IMG/VR virus record: IMGVR_UViG_3300028591_000081 | Span: 128,001 to 192,000 of that record | Source of the DNA: a virus | Taxonomy: Duplodnaviria > Caudoviricetes | Strand: one strand, 5' to 3' | Length of the DNA stretch: 64,000 bases | Part shown: positions 42,823-53,317 of the stretch, one piece after another | Layout: every line of letters begins with the position of its first letter | Numbering within the stretch: the first letter of the stretch is position 1 | The notes under the pieces: generated by a model | Database searches by the model: none | The model's input: the letters and a program-made list of their open reading frames with translations, nothing else | Told to the model about the DNA's origin: nothing | Translations under genes and position numbers: made by a program

Positions 42823-45771
42823 TTACGTAATGCTGGATTCAACCGTATTTGCCGAGGAATTGACCACAAACTCAACAGTGTAAATTTCAGCATCAGGCAC
42901 AAACTGCAACTCAATCACGCCATTGATTTTACGCTGGGCAATGAGTTCTGCTTTGGTTGTGTCAAAACCCATCTTCACGGTATAGGCCGCAAGTCCACCA
43001 AGAGACGCCAGCGGTGCCAGAATCATTGAGGACACGTACTGTTTCCACCGTTGCCACAGACTCAAATCATTCAGGGAGAACACCTGAGTGTTCGTGTAAC
43101 GATCCACCCGAGAACGGATGTAGATAAGAGTTCGCGCAATGTGGGCGGCACTCAAGTCAGAGTACACAGGATTCAGAGTTTCGTTCCCGTAAATCTGGAT
43201 ACCCTGCACACCGAGATCGTAAATCGGGTTGATGTGGTAGTTGATGAGCTTGTCTCGTTCAAATTTCTGCGCCGGATTACGAGTTACCCGAACCTCATCT
43301 CCAAGGACACCTCCCTGTTCACCGGCTACCGGATAGAAGGTACCACGGACGCGATATGAAGCCAGTCCCTTCATAATAACCTGATACGCAGGAGACATCG
43401 GTACAACAACGGTTTTGCTCGGAACGCCATTGTTGAACTTCTGACAGGTGATGTTGATCCAATCCCAGTACATCTCACAGTAGAAGCTCTGATCCGCATA
43501 GGAGATGGCCCCAGTCGAACCATACTCCCAGAGATCCGAGTACTCTCCAAGGGAGTTGACCCAGTTACAGGCTTCATCAAGAGACATGCCCCAAGGCGTC
43601 GTGAACACACAGGTGAGATCTTTACGGTCAGCCGCAATCATCTTGATCAGGTAATGAAGGGCGCGACGTTCCGATTCGTCTGCGGATTCTGAGAGATGGC
43701 AGATTTTACCGTCTTTGTCAGTAACCATGGCCGATAACTCAGAGATAAAGCATCCAGAGTATCGAGGATCGACAAATTCGTTAAGGGCAGTCTGATAGTC
43801 CTTGACCGACACGTTAAAGTGGCCTTCCGAAAGTTCCACAGGCTGGGAGCAGTTCTTCCCCTCGATGACCAAGGCACGAAGAGACGACACTATGTCAAAA
43901 TCTTCTTCCTTGTACGGATCCATCATGGTGAAAGTAAGGTAACTGCCTAAGACAGAGTTGAGGGATGCAATGAACGATCCGTTGGTCAGGTTCTCAGGAA
44001 TAGAGAACCGAGCTTCCTTGATAATCCCCTTGTCAGGAGCGGCCTCGTCATAGCTCTCATACAGCTTGACATCCATTGCATACAGCTTGAGCGATTTCGG
44101 CTTCAACTGAACCAAATCCGTCTTGAGATAGAGCTTGTCTGTAATACTCGACACGGCTTCTGCATAAGGTTCCGTCGCATTGGTATGTTTCACCGTAACA
44201 GGGAAACCGTCGTCATACGGAATCGGATTTCCTTCCGTATCGAGCTTCATGGGAATCGTGATACGAGTGTAGGTCTTCCCTTCCTTCACTTCCGTAGAAA
44301 CCGTATAATCCACGCCTTCCACCAAGCATGTGCAGGACACCGGGCTGTTGGCAATGCAAAGACGAGTGTCTCCGGACTCCAGAGCTTTGAAGGTAATCTT
44401 ACCACGTTCCTTGGCCCCTTCAAAGTTAGACTGTGTGAATGGAACATCGACGCCGGTCGATTTACACGGAACCATGTCTGGAACGAACCGACCAAGCATA
44501 TCCGCACTACGTTCTTCCTTTGTAAGAGCATTGGCGGTGCTGTAAATTGCCATGGCCACAGCGATGTTCATGCCGAGCTGAGTACCTGTGCTGACTATCT
44601 TTGCACTCGAAGGATAAGTTCCGTAGGTTCCAGAAGGCACACTGGTAGCAATCGTGTCACTGCCGTGCATCAGAACAACGTACTTATTGTCCTGAACAGC
44701 ATCCTTGATATCCGTATTGGAGAACCAATCCACGTCGGTAGTTTCGATGGCGATAACCGAACCTTCAGAAGCACCATACGACGTGAGGGTAGGAATGAGT
44801 CTGGCCAAGTCTGCATCAGGATCTGCCTCGTTGAATGGAATGAGAACAAAGTCTCCAGCCTTGGCCGTGTCCAGCCAGAACAGAACAATCTCATGCAACG
44901 GGGAATCCGTATCTACACCATAAACATTGCGAAGATCTGCGATTGTGGAAATCTTCCACGCTCCGTGATAAACACCAGAACCGCCTTCCATCTGCTTCCA
45001 TTCATTGAACGCCGTAAGGAGGTCTTCTGCGGGCTTGTCGAACATCCCAGAGACCACTGCATTCCCTGCAAAGGCATTCGCAATAGAATCTCCAGAAGAG
45101 GCAAGGTGATCAATCTCTTTTACCTGACTGCCAGAAACTTTACCGATATGAACCGTGTAAATATCTCCGACCTCAACACCATCCTCGGTAACTGTTTCCC
45201 GCGACAGTTTCACAGAAAGTAAGTTCCCGTGATCACCCTTCTCACGCATCTCAACGACATTGTTCGCATCCAGCGTGTACTTCGCGGCGGTATCCGTGTC
45301 AGCAAAGGTCATCCCGAAACCAAGAACAGGAATGCCCCGACCTCCCGTAAGTTCCGGAATGTTGCAGATACCGGGGATGTCAATGACGCCACGTTCATCC
45401 GTGCGCATCTCCTCTGTGACAGTCGAATGATCGCTGGCATCCCCCAGCAGAAGAGCGAAACTCGCAGGATCGCCGCTGGGAACCTTTGCGATATACACAG
45501 AGAATCCAGCTTTCACAATCTCGCGAACAGCATACAAATCGCGGTATTTCTCAGGGTCAATACGAGGATCACCAAAGATACGGTCTAACGCATCCGTGTC
45601 CTGAATCAAGACCGGAGCATACGCAATCGTGTCCGAGTCTTCTTTAGCTTTCGGCCCCCAAGGGGTAACACATGCAAACAGACCAGCATAATCAAGAATG
45701 TTTGTGATTCGAGAGTTGTCCTTTACATGGGAAACAACATACGCCGCCTCACGTCCTTCAGTCGGTTTCAT
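42823..45771 (-). CDS. Contractile tail sheath protein (~982 aa, with large insertion domains)
   Basis: TPWGP..PVLI..L.RIFGDP; C-terminal PVAGEQGG, ERDKL..HINPI, IYGNETL, HIARTLIYI, FSLND..W, LQFVPDAEIYTVEF. Confidence 0.9.
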   Translation of the reverse strand: MKPTEGREAAYVVSHVKDNSRITNILDYAGLFACVTPWGPKAKEDSDTIAYAPVLIQDTDALDRIFGDPRIDPEKYRDLYAVREIVKAGFSVYIAKVPSGDPASFALLLGDASDHSTVTEEMRTDERGVIDIPGICNIPELTGGRGIPVLGFGMTFADTDTAAKYTLDANNVVEMREKGDHGNLLSVKLSRETVTEDGVEVGDIYTVHIGKVSGSQVKEIDHLASSGDSIANAFAGNAVVSGMFDKPAEDLLTAFNEWKQMEGGSGVYHGAWKISTIADLRNVYGVDTDSPLHEIVLFWLDTAKAGDFVLIPFNEADPDADLARLIPTLTSYGASEGSVIAIETTDVDWFSNTDIKDAVQDNKYVVLMHGSDTIATSVPSGTYGTYPSSAKIVSTGTQLGMNIAVAMAIYSTANALTKEERSADMLGRFVPDMVPCKSTGVDVPFTQSNFEGAKERGKITFKALESGDTRLCIANSPVSCTCLVEGVDYTVSTEVKEGKTYTRITIPMKLDTEGNPIPYDDGFPVTVKHTNATEPYAEAVSSITDKLYLKTDLVQLKPKSLKLYAMDVKLYESYDEAAPDKGIIKEARFSIPENLTNGSFIASLNSVLGSYLTFTMMDPYKEEDFDIVSSLRALVIEGKNCSQPVELSEGHFNVSVKDYQTALNEFVDPRYSGCFISELSAMVTDKDGKICHLSESADESERRALHYLIKMIAADRKDLTCVFTTPWGMSLDEACNWVNSLGEYSDLWEYGSTGAISYADQSFYCEMYWDWINITCQKFNNGVPSKTVVVPMSPAYQVIMKGLASYRVRGTFYPVAGEQGGVLGDEVRVTRNPAQKFERDKLINYHINPIYDLGVQGIQIYGNETLNPVYSDLSAAHIARTLIYIRSRVDRYTNTQVFSLNDLSLWQRWKQYVSSMILAPLASLGGLAAYTVKMGFDTTKAELIAQRKINGVIELQFVPDAEIYTVEFVVNSSANTVESSIT

Positions 45772-45927
45772 AATATCTCTCCTCTTTCCTTGCAAGGTAC
45801 AGGATAACCGCGCATCACATTCAAGAACTTCGGTGTGCGCACACCCACGTCCACTGATGCACGACAAATTCACGTGAAGTTTGATAAACAAACGGCCAGA
45901 CAACCGACACCTAGATGTAGACAAAAG

Positions 45928-45960
45928 AAAAGCGCATACCGTGATACGGATATGCGCTTT
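45928..45960 (-). terminator. Intrinsic terminator
   Basis: AAAGCGCATA/TATGCGCTTT. Confidence 0.65.
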
Positions 45961-45982
45961 GAAGGTAGATCAGACCAAACTT

Positions 45983-46846
45983 TTAATGCCGCAACATAGT
46001 TCTCAGGTTTTGTGGCCACCCATCAATCGTATCGGTAATCTTTTCCCAATACTCACAAAGTTCGTCAGCGATCTCCTGAAGATTGACCATACTATCCAGA
46101 CGTTCAATCGTAGTCTTTAATTCATGCATAGCGTAATCAAAGGAGGATTCAAAAGCACCGTCCACACGATCCATCTCCTCAAGCATGTCAAGGAACGACT
46201 CGGTAGAAATCTTCCCACGTCCTTTCAGCATCTCTAGGTACTTAGGAAGATCAGAGTCCTCATTCAAATCGAAATCAATATCCGGCTCCAGAAACAAATG
46301 AGCGTCGCTTCCAGCAATGCGTGACTCGGAGGCATCTTCCAACTGATCAAGACAGGACATGATGCGGTCTTGATAATAAGCCACCTCCTCATTGTCCCGT
46401 TTGTGCTCCTGAACCCAATACCTGCACCCCCGAACATAGCTTACGAGACGATCTGCATCCTGAGAGGACAGAAAACTCCCTCTCTTCAAAGCCTCACGAA
46501 TTGTGTTCAAATCCGGATCGTCGTCGAGAGAATCATTGGCTTCCTCAAAAGCCTCGAACATCTGAACCATCTCGTCTTTCAGATCAGATTTTTCAGCAGA
46601 GGTAAGGAACTTCCTTCGAGATGTGAAAGACTTTTTTATGTACCCCATGGTCGTTAATACACTCTGGATGTATCGGTCGTTCAGTTTGATGTACAACTCA
46701 CCCAAATTGCGGAACAGACTCTCGGTATCCACACGGAAAACCTCACTGTTATCTGCGTACAGCCATTCCAAGAGGTCTTGAATCGGGTAGTCTCCAAACT
46801 GTTCATACTGTAAGGATTCGCAAATTCTACGATTGATTCTGAACAT
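45983..46846 (-). CDS. Hypothetical acidic protein with basic leader
   Basis: AAGGAAG RBS; MFRINRRICES. Confidence 0.75.
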   Translation of the reverse strand: MFRINRRICESLQYEQFGDYPIQDLLEWLYADNSEVFRVDTESLFRNLGELYIKLNDRYIQSVLTTMGYIKKSFTSRRKFLTSAEKSDLKDEMVQMFEAFEEANDSLDDDPDLNTIREALKRGSFLSSQDADRLVSYVRGCRYWVQEHKRDNEEVAYYQDRIMSCLDQLEDASESRIAGSDAHLFLEPDIDFDLNEDSDLPKYLEMLKGRGKISTESFLDMLEEMDRVDGAFESSFDYAMHELKTTIERLDSMVNLQEIADELCEYWEKITDTIDGWPQNLRTMLRH

Positions 46847-46894
46847 AAGACTTCCTTAAAAGGAAAGGGAGGTATCTCACTCCCTTAGTTTGTT

Positions 46895-48751
46895 TTAGTC
46901 TCTTCCGTCATAGATGACATCTTCATAGTCATCAGGGTCTACCTCACGAATACTTCCTTCCTGTGCCCATGTATAAATACCACCATCGTGATAGCGGTAG
47001 ACATCCGCAAACAGGTCGGTCTCTTCCGTTCGGTACATCTCGTCATAGAACAGGTCTGCATTTTCTTTTACCAGCAGTTCACAAATTTCCTGATCATTGA
47101 GATTCTCAAGATTTTCAGGAATGGTGTCGAAGTATTTTTCAGGATCCTCACGAACCCATCCGGCCAGAATCTCTTCACGGAGTTCCGCTACGGAATCCTC
47201 TGGAACAGTAAGTCCGGGAGCATTCTCAGAACACCAGTTGGCCGCGATGTCCAGAGCCTCTCCTTCCCAAGGTGCCCAGACAAGCATCGTTGAAAGCTGA
47301 TAACCGGCTCCCGGCCATAGACCTACCAAATACAGATTACTGCCGTCCGAAGAATCATTGATGCACCCATAATCAGGGTCTTCGATGTTATTGCTCTCGA
47401 AACGACGTGACTTTCCATTCGCTTTCATCTTACGTATCGCCTTGGTTTCAACATAGTTACGGTTCACGGTATTACGAACACTGCCAGCATCAGCAGGATC
47501 GTTGTTCGCGATGACATCCAAAGCCTCACCAAATGAGGCACACGCACAACGAATGAGGTAACGAAGACTGTCTTCCTGATCCTGTACACCTGCCGTACAG
47601 AGGGCCGTAGGATAATATGTGTTGTCCACAAAGGAACATTCATAAGCACGACCTTTGCGTTTCACATAAGCCTTGAAGGTCTTTTCCACAGCATCAGAGA
47701 CTTCCTGACGGGATGCCGAGAAACCTTCCATCTTACGAACCGTAACGGCCACACAGAAGGCGTTCAGGTCATAGTCCCCTTCCGGATCATCCAAGCTACC
47801 AACATACGGTACACAAATCTGAACTACGAAACGAGCCTTCCACGGATTATCACCAGTCGAGCCAGCACAATCCAGAGCAATTCCGCCTACCATACAATGA
47901 GCGGTATCCAGACCGTAATCTTCCTGAGAAGGATCTCCATCCCATTTGTCAATCCAACGGCGGCCCGTAGGATTGACTGCAAGACCTCCGAACCCAGCTT
48001 TCAAGGTTTCAACCAGCGTTGCGTCATCCGTACTGGATTCTTTAGACATGGAGACGTTGGTGTTCGTTGAGGACTTCAAACGGTTGACGAACTTCAATGC
48101 CTCGTCCTCAGCAATCACACGGTACGCGCTACGTTCCCAGTCCTGACGGTTGCCCGGACGACTCTTCTTTGCCGCCTTGTCATCAGGTGCGACACCGGCG
48201 ATGCGTTTCTTGGCTTGAAGATAAGCACTGTCAGGGTCTTCGAGGTCTTGGTATTTCTTGTTATGGAAATGTGCACCGGCCCCGTGATCGAGGCTTTTGG
48301 AATCGACATCCCCAAACCCTGTCTGTGTAGAGGCAATAAGGTCTGCAACGCCGGGATAATCCTCAGGAAGTCCAAGCTGTTTAATGGTAGCCAGCACGTC
48401 CAGAGCCTTTGCAACCTCAGAATCATCCGTAAGATCGCGAAGAAGATCCACAATCTCGTCATCGGAAAGAATGTCGTTCTTTTTGCACGCGATGAGGATC
48501 TTCTTCAACCGGCTGACTGCGGACTTTTTGTTTGAAAAGTCATCCCCAACGTCTACCACACCTGATGCCCCGATACCACGACCGGTCTTGATGAAACGGA
48601 TCAGAGCCTTGATTTCTTTGTCAATCTCACGCTGACCATGACTACCAACGATGGAAAGATTGAAGATCTTCTGATCAATCACATCCCCATCCTCATAGGA
48701 CTCAAACCGACGCGCTCTCAGGCGTCCACGACTGCATGTGTGTCTAATCAT
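46895..48751 (-). CDS. Hypothetical multidomain acidic protein with basic leader and linker
   Basis: MIRHTCSRGRLRARRFES; internal ETKAIRKMKANGKSRRFES. Confidence 0.75.
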   Translation of the reverse strand: MIRHTCSRGRLRARRFESYEDGDVIDQKIFNLSIVGSHGQREIDKEIKALIRFIKTGRGIGASGVVDVGDDFSNKKSAVSRLKKILIACKKNDILSDDEIVDLLRDLTDDSEVAKALDVLATIKQLGLPEDYPGVADLIASTQTGFGDVDSKSLDHGAGAHFHNKKYQDLEDPDSAYLQAKKRIAGVAPDDKAAKKSRPGNRQDWERSAYRVIAEDEALKFVNRLKSSTNTNVSMSKESSTDDATLVETLKAGFGGLAVNPTGRRWIDKWDGDPSQEDYGLDTAHCMVGGIALDCAGSTGDNPWKARFVVQICVPYVGSLDDPEGDYDLNAFCVAVTVRKMEGFSASRQEVSDAVEKTFKAYVKRKGRAYECSFVDNTYYPTALCTAGVQDQEDSLRYLIRCACASFGEALDVIANNDPADAGSVRNTVNRNYVETKAIRKMKANGKSRRFESNNIEDPDYGCINDSSDGSNLYLVGLWPGAGYQLSTMLVWAPWEGEALDIAANWCSENAPGLTVPEDSVAELREEILAGWVREDPEKYFDTIPENLENLNDQEICELLVKENADLFYDEMYRTEETDLFADVYRYHDGGIYTWAQEGSIREVDPDDYEDVIYDGRD

Positions 48752-48762
48752 ACCAAAACCCT

Positions 48763-49062
48763 TTATATGTGTGATGCTGTCCCACAATACCTCATAAACT
48801 CCTGAGGCAGGAAGCGAACGAACTGAACAATAAACCCACGAAGACACGTTACTGCACGGTCGTAATACTGCCGACGAAATTCTCTGTCCTTCTCGAAGTA
48901 AAACACATGTCTTTTTTGGTCATACTGCATACTACGAATCAGGGCGTCAAATTTCTTTGGACAGCTATACGGCCACAGCCACTTTACACCATAACTTTGG
49001 ATATTCCGCACCACGGAACGACCAAAGGCATCCGTGAATCTGTTGTGGATTTCAAAGCGCAT
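48763..49062 (-). CDS. Hypothetical protein, 99 aa
   Basis: GGAGG RBS, downstream of promoter motif. Confidence 0.65.
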   Translation of the reverse strand: MRFEIHNRFTDAFGRSVVRNIQSYGVKWLWPYSCPKKFDALIRSMQYDQKRHVFYFEKDREFRRQYYDRAVTCLRGFIVQFVRFLPQEFMRYCGTASHI

Positions 49063-49092
49063 ACACCCTCCGACGAAGACCGACCTTCCTTA

Positions 49093-49131
49093 TGATAACA
49101 GAAGTCCAGTTATCCAACCAAATCAGCACCA
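49093..49131 (-). promoter_or_regulatory. Phage promoter motif TGGTGCTGA-N22-TGTTATCA
   Basis: Recurrent motif on minus strand. Confidence 0.7.
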
Positions 49132-49166
49132 TTCAAGGATTTCAACATAACGGAGGTGTGTGCATA

Positions 49167-50180
49167 ATGTCGATTCTCATTACAGGAGGGGCTGGTTTTA
49201 TAGGCCATCATCTCGCAAAGCATCTTCTGGAAACATCCTCAGAAGAGCTTGTTCTCATTGACCATCTGGAGGTGGATTACACCGAAAACTTCTATCGTGA
49301 CATGATGCTGAAATTCACAAGACTCTCGCGCCTTGGTATAGACAAGGGTGACTTGATTTCAGGAAAAACCACGATTGTGAATGACCGGTGTGTGTTTCAT
49401 CGTATGGATATTACAGACCGAAAAAATCTTGAGGAAGTGTTTCAGGAACATCGAATCTCCACCGTAATCCATCTCGCCGCCCAAGCCGGAGTTCGAAAGT
49501 CTTCTGAGTGCCCTGAGGAATACATTGCTTCAAACCTAACAGGGTTCTTCAATGTTCTTGACCTCTCAAGAATCTACGGTGTCTCGAAATTCGTGTACGC
49601 CTCTAGCTCAAGTGTGTACGGAGACTTGCAAAAAGAAAGGTTCTCAGAAGACGACATGCTGGGTTTGCCAAAGAGCTTGTACGCCGCCACAAAGCGTTCT
49701 GATGAATTGCTGGCCCAGTCCTATGCTTCCATGTTCAATATGCCCACCATTGGACTTAGGTTCTTCTCCGTGTATGGGGAGTACGGACGGCCAGATATGG
49801 TCGTGTGGAAATGGGTTTATGGGATATTAAACGATACCCCAGTAGTCATGTTTGGGAACGGAACGATGGAACGGGATTTCACTTATGTGGGCGACATTGT
49901 TCAAGGAATCTCAAAAATCCTTGGTACAGAAAAGCATGAAGGAGCGCATATTTACAACCTAGGATACGGGAAACCAGTGAAAATTTCGGATCTGATTCAT
50001 CGCATCGAAGACCTGTGTGGAAAACGTGCAAAAATTCAGATGCGTCCAGCGCATCCTTCAGACGTAGAACGAACCTGCGCAGACATCACCAAATTCTTTG
50101 CAGAGTATGGGTACAAACCCGAAACCACTCTTGAACAAGGCTTGGAACGGTTTGTAAGCTGGTTCAGGAATTACTCGTAG
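49167..50180 (+). CDS. NAD-dependent nucleotide-sugar epimerase (UDP-glucuronate 4-epimerase-like)
   Basis: ITGGAGFIG, HLAAQAGVR, YASSSSVYG, YAATK, LRFFSVYG.YGRPDM, RDFTYVGDIV. Confidence 0.93.
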   Translation: MSILITGGAGFIGHHLAKHLLETSSEELVLIDHLEVDYTENFYRDMMLKFTRLSRLGIDKGDLISGKTTIVNDRCVFHRMDITDRKNLEEVFQEHRISTVIHLAAQAGVRKSSECPEEYIASNLTGFFNVLDLSRIYGVSKFVYASSSSVYGDLQKERFSEDDMLGLPKSLYAATKRSDELLAQSYASMFNMPTIGLRFFSVYGEYGRPDMVVWKWVYGILNDTPVVMFGNGTMERDFTYVGDIVQGISKILGTEKHEGAHIYNLGYGKPVKISDLIHRIEDLCGKRAKIQMRPAHPSDVERTCADITKFFAEYGYKPETTLEQGLERFVSWFRNYS

Positions 50181-50183
50181 TTG

Positions 50184-50222
50184 TGGTGCTGAAGCTACCT
50201 GCATTGAAAATTTGTGCTATGG
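50184..50222 (+). promoter_or_regulatory. Phage promoter motif TGGTGCTGA-N22-TGCTATGG
   Basis: Recurrent motif. Confidence 0.65.
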
Positions 50223-50299
50223 ATACACCAGAAGTTAGGTGAACTTCAAGTTCAAACCAACTCAAGAGTTCAAAAAATCGCTTTGCAGGAGAAAGAGAC

Positions 50300-51076
50300 A
50301 TGAAAACCAACATGAACACCCGTACAAATCTTTTCACTATCCTCATTATAACCCTTTTGGCATTACTGACGGCTACCGCTTGCAACAATGATCCCTGCGT
50401 CCAGTTCGACAGGATGACCGCAGATACCTCAGGTAAGTACAGTTCTCAAGAAATCCGAGAAACAGAAAAGGCATGTCAGACGATAGTGAACCAAGACATC
50501 AAGGGAATGTCCGAAAGACAGGTCTATGAGAAGTTCTGTTCCATGAAAGAATGGGACTCCGGAGGCAAGCTGACTGAAGTACGTAGAACCTCATGTGAGC
50601 AGTTTTACACTCTGAAATTCAGTGAACATCCAGATTACGTTCACTATCTGTGTACCCCTAAAAACGACATAGGTATTCCTGCCATCATCTCCAGAGGGAG
50701 TCAAGCATACAACTTCTCGTCAGTAGAGTTCCAGACCATTTACACCGGAAACCTTCCGATGCCGTACATGAAAATCACTCTGGATGGCAAGTATTACGGA
50801 ACGGTTCCTGAGACGATGAATCTCACCCTGACCAACGAACGGTATGCCAATATGCGTATGGATAAGATCACATGCACAGCCAATGGAAAGGACTCCAGAG
50901 TGGCGTATGACCAAGACCGTGTGCAATGTGAAATCATCATCAAGGAAGGATTCAGCGACGACCCGGAGAAATACGGAATCAAGGCCAGAGAAGACGAGTC
51001 TCTCAGAAGCATGGCCGTAATCATCGGAAACGTCACCAACTGTGAAGACCTCAAACCAAAAGACTGGAAGAGATGA
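50300..51076 (+). CDS. Putative lipoprotein
   Basis: Basic N-terminus, hydrophobic core, lipobox-like TATAC. Confidence 0.7.
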   Translation: MKTNMNTRTNLFTILIITLLALLTATACNNDPCVQFDRMTADTSGKYSSQEIRETEKACQTIVNQDIKGMSERQVYEKFCSMKEWDSGGKLTEVRRTSCEQFYTLKFSEHPDYVHYLCTPKNDIGIPAIISRGSQAYNFSSVEFQTIYTGNLPMPYMKITLDGKYYGTVPETMNLTLTNERYANMRMDKITCTANGKDSRVAYDQDRVQCEIIIKEGFSDDPEKYGIKAREDESLRSMAVIIGNVTNCEDLKPKDWKR

Positions 51077-51207
51077 GACTCAGAACAAACTTCTCTGTGT
51101 GAAGACAAAAACGGCCTCTCTGACAACGATTTCGGATGTACCCTTACTACCATAGTGATGTAAAAGAAAACGCGTCAGAGGGGCAGTTTTATGTCCTGTA
51201 TGAAGAA

Positions 51208-52167
51208 CTAAGATTGCGAGTCCTTGTACCGATAATCTTCAAGACTCCATGCAATGACATTCATTGTATGTTCAAGGTCAAGGAGGGCCTTCTCGATGGC
51301 ATCACAAATCGCAAAGGTTCCTTTTCGATTTTCTGCATGATCAACGGTTATCTCTGATACAAACCCATTGTCCTCAAGACGATCAAAGATTTCCTGAATG
51401 GAATCAAACCGATCCACATAAATCTTGTAGACAGGCTTGATAAAGGACACAGTAGCCGAATACGAGAGTCCTTGGTTATCAGGATTCGATTCGAAGTTGC
51501 CGCAAGACACGGTAATCAGAGTGACGACCTTCTGGTTCGGAACCTTCGAAAGAAAATCTTCATACTCACACTTCACAAGGAATTCGTGATCACTGAAGTC
51601 AATCGAAGTCACCTCGTAATGACGCGACAGAATGCGTTGATTGATGACCTTTACCTTATCACCACCCGGTCGGAAGATGTTACGCCCCTCCTCCTCTTCT
51701 CTTACCATGTTACGAGTTCTGAATTTAATCATACGCCCCTCCTCCTCTTCTCTTACCATGTTACGAGTTCTGAATTTAATCATACGCCCCTCCTCACTCT
51801 CTTCTTCTCCGCCTCCTTCTTCGGGCTGTTCTGGTTCCGTTTCAGGAGCCACTTCACCACCACCTTCCGCATTGTCTTCACCAGTACTGGTTTCAGGCTC
51901 AACTTCCTCGCCGCCCTCTTCGGATTCTTTTTCCGCTTCATCCAGATCGATACCAATCCCCTCAAGGGCTTGCTCAATCCGTTCGATGACGGCCTCTCCT
52001 CGCTCCACACGATCCGACAGAGTAGAGACTAGTTCCTGCAACTGAGCAAGAACAGCATCGAACCCCATCGAAACACGATCTGCGGGCTGACTATCCTCAT
52101 TCATCGGAACACGCGTAATGCTCTGCACGAACTCCGTAGAGGCTATTTTACATTTAGGTGTAATCAT
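51208..52167 (-). CDS. Acidic coiled-coil protein (prohead core-like) fused to a second domain via a duplicated basic linker
   Basis: Coiled coil, Glu-rich tract, (MIKFRTRNMVREEEEGR)x2. Confidence 0.65.
   Translation of the reverse strand: MITPKCKIASTEFVQSITRVPMNEDSQPADRVSMGFDAVLAQLQELVSTLSDRVERGEAVIERIEQALEGIGIDLDEAEKESEEGGEEVEPETSTGEDNAEGGGEVAPETEPEQPEEGGGEEESEEGRMIKFRTRNMVREEEEGRMIKFRTRNMVREEEEGRNIFRPGGDKVKVINQRILSRHYEVTSIDFSDHEFLVKCEYEDFLSKVPNQKVVTLITVSCGNFESNPDNQGLSYSATVSFIKPVYKIYVDRFDSIQEIFDRLEDNGFVSEITVDHAENRKGTFAICDAIEKALLDLEHTMNVIAWSLEDYRYKDSQS
51681..51795. repeat. 51-bp in-frame tandem repeat (2.25 copies)
   Basis: TACGCCCCTCCTCCTCTTCTCTTACCATGTTACGAGTTCTGAATTTAATCA repeated exactly. 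Confidence 0.95.
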
Positions 52168-52193
52168 AATCTGTCTCCTTTAGCCTGAACCCA

Positions 52194-53306
52194 TTACCGG
52201 ATTCTTCGGTTCTGAGACTTTCTCGACTCCAAACCCATATAACGTCGTTCGATGTCGTTATCGGTAAGGATGTCTGCACAAAGAAGAATGTCTCTGGCCA
52301 GCGAGTCGTACCCACCACGGAAATCGAAGAAGGACAGGTCAGACATACCGTACATCTCATCACCGTATTTCCTGAGAAGGCCCTGAATTTCACCCTTATG
52401 ATTTGCACAGAGCAGTTCTGCCTTACGATTTCCGGCTTTCCACGCCTCTTTCAGATCATCTATCAGATCCTTACTCATGTCGCTACGAAGGGTATCAAGA
52501 CTCTCATATCTACACTTCCTGCTCTCCTTGGAGTTCTTCAGATCATAGATAGCATTGGCAAGATCTCCAGCAAAGGACTTCATTTGACGCTGGACGGCAC
52601 TGAAATCAGGACCAAGCCACCGTTTCCAAGAAGCCGTCCAAGAACCTCCATCCATCTCACGATTGGCCCGCTGTACCTGATCTTGTACAGAGGAAGCCTG
52701 TTTCAAGAGACGGTCTTTCGAGACGCCCTGCCCTTCCAGTTCGCACAACTTGTTGAAGTTGGTGCAAATAAGAATCCCTGTCTCTGCGGCATCAGGGATG
52801 CCCCACTGATTGCGTTTGGCCTGCATAGCTATATCTGCCTTATCCCAAAGAGCGTCAGGAACAAACAGATCCGCAAACTTCAATGCTTTTGAACCGGCTT
52901 CCTTCTTGAGGGGTCGGTTCGAAGGTCTTTTTGCCTCAAGAGCACATTCGGCACCGCATCCATCCAGAGCCACAACCTTGTCCAAAAGGTTTTTGTCCAG
53001 ACAACGGAACTTGCCAATAAGGATGTAATCACCACCCTCACGTGTAGGGTATGCAAAACAGGAAACCCAGTTATTGGTAATCTCAACCTCACAGAAGGTA
53101 CCGTCAATCATGGCGTCTTCATTGTCGGATCGAATCGCAATAAAATTGTCTCCCGGTTCTTCTTCAATAATTTCCCAATCGCCTCGGGCGGCAATGTTCA
53201 AAGCCTGACATACCTCTTCGGCAACAGAACGTCGATATTCGGCATCGCTCAGGGCAGACTCGTGTTTGAGGGTATAGGAATTACGTTTGTTTGTAGGACG
53301 TATCAT
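52194..53306 (-). CDS. Hypothetical multidomain protein with basic leader, linkers and tail
   Basis: MIRPTNKRNSYTLKHES; EAKRPSNRPLKKEA; ESRKCRYES; ESRKSQNRRIR. Confidence 0.75.
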   Translation of the reverse strand: MIRPTNKRNSYTLKHESALSDAEYRRSVAEEVCQALNIAARGDWEIIEEEPGDNFIAIRSDNEDAMIDGTFCEVEITNNWVSCFAYPTREGGDYILIGKFRCLDKNLLDKVVALDGCGAECALEAKRPSNRPLKKEAGSKALKFADLFVPDALWDKADIAMQAKRNQWGIPDAAETGILICTNFNKLCELEGQGVSKDRLLKQASSVQDQVQRANREMDGGSWTASWKRWLGPDFSAVQRQMKSFAGDLANAIYDLKNSKESRKCRYESLDTLRSDMSKDLIDDLKEAWKAGNRKAELLCANHKGEIQGLLRKYGDEMYGMSDLSFFDFRGGYDSLARDILLCADILTDNDIERRYMGLESRKSQNRRIR

Positions 53307-53317
53307 GTATGCCTCCA

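Noticed and set aside
44185-45222. 345-aa plus-strand ORF (and similar antisense ORFs such as 8015..8770, 22259..22933, 60828..61403)
   Set aside because: Shadow frames opposite well-supported genes, with no RBS or motifs.
14128-45771. Bacterial extracellular contractile injection system or T6SS
   Set aside because: Neck protein, tRNAs, dut, tmk, ArdA and the absence of host housekeeping context indicate a phage genome.
45772-45924. Sheath N-terminal extension or riboswitch in its leader
   Set aside because: The strong GAGGAG RBS precedes ATG 45771; the leader shows only weak stems with no recognisable aptamer.
51681-51795. CRISPR array
   Set aside because: Contiguous in-frame coding duplication with no spacers.
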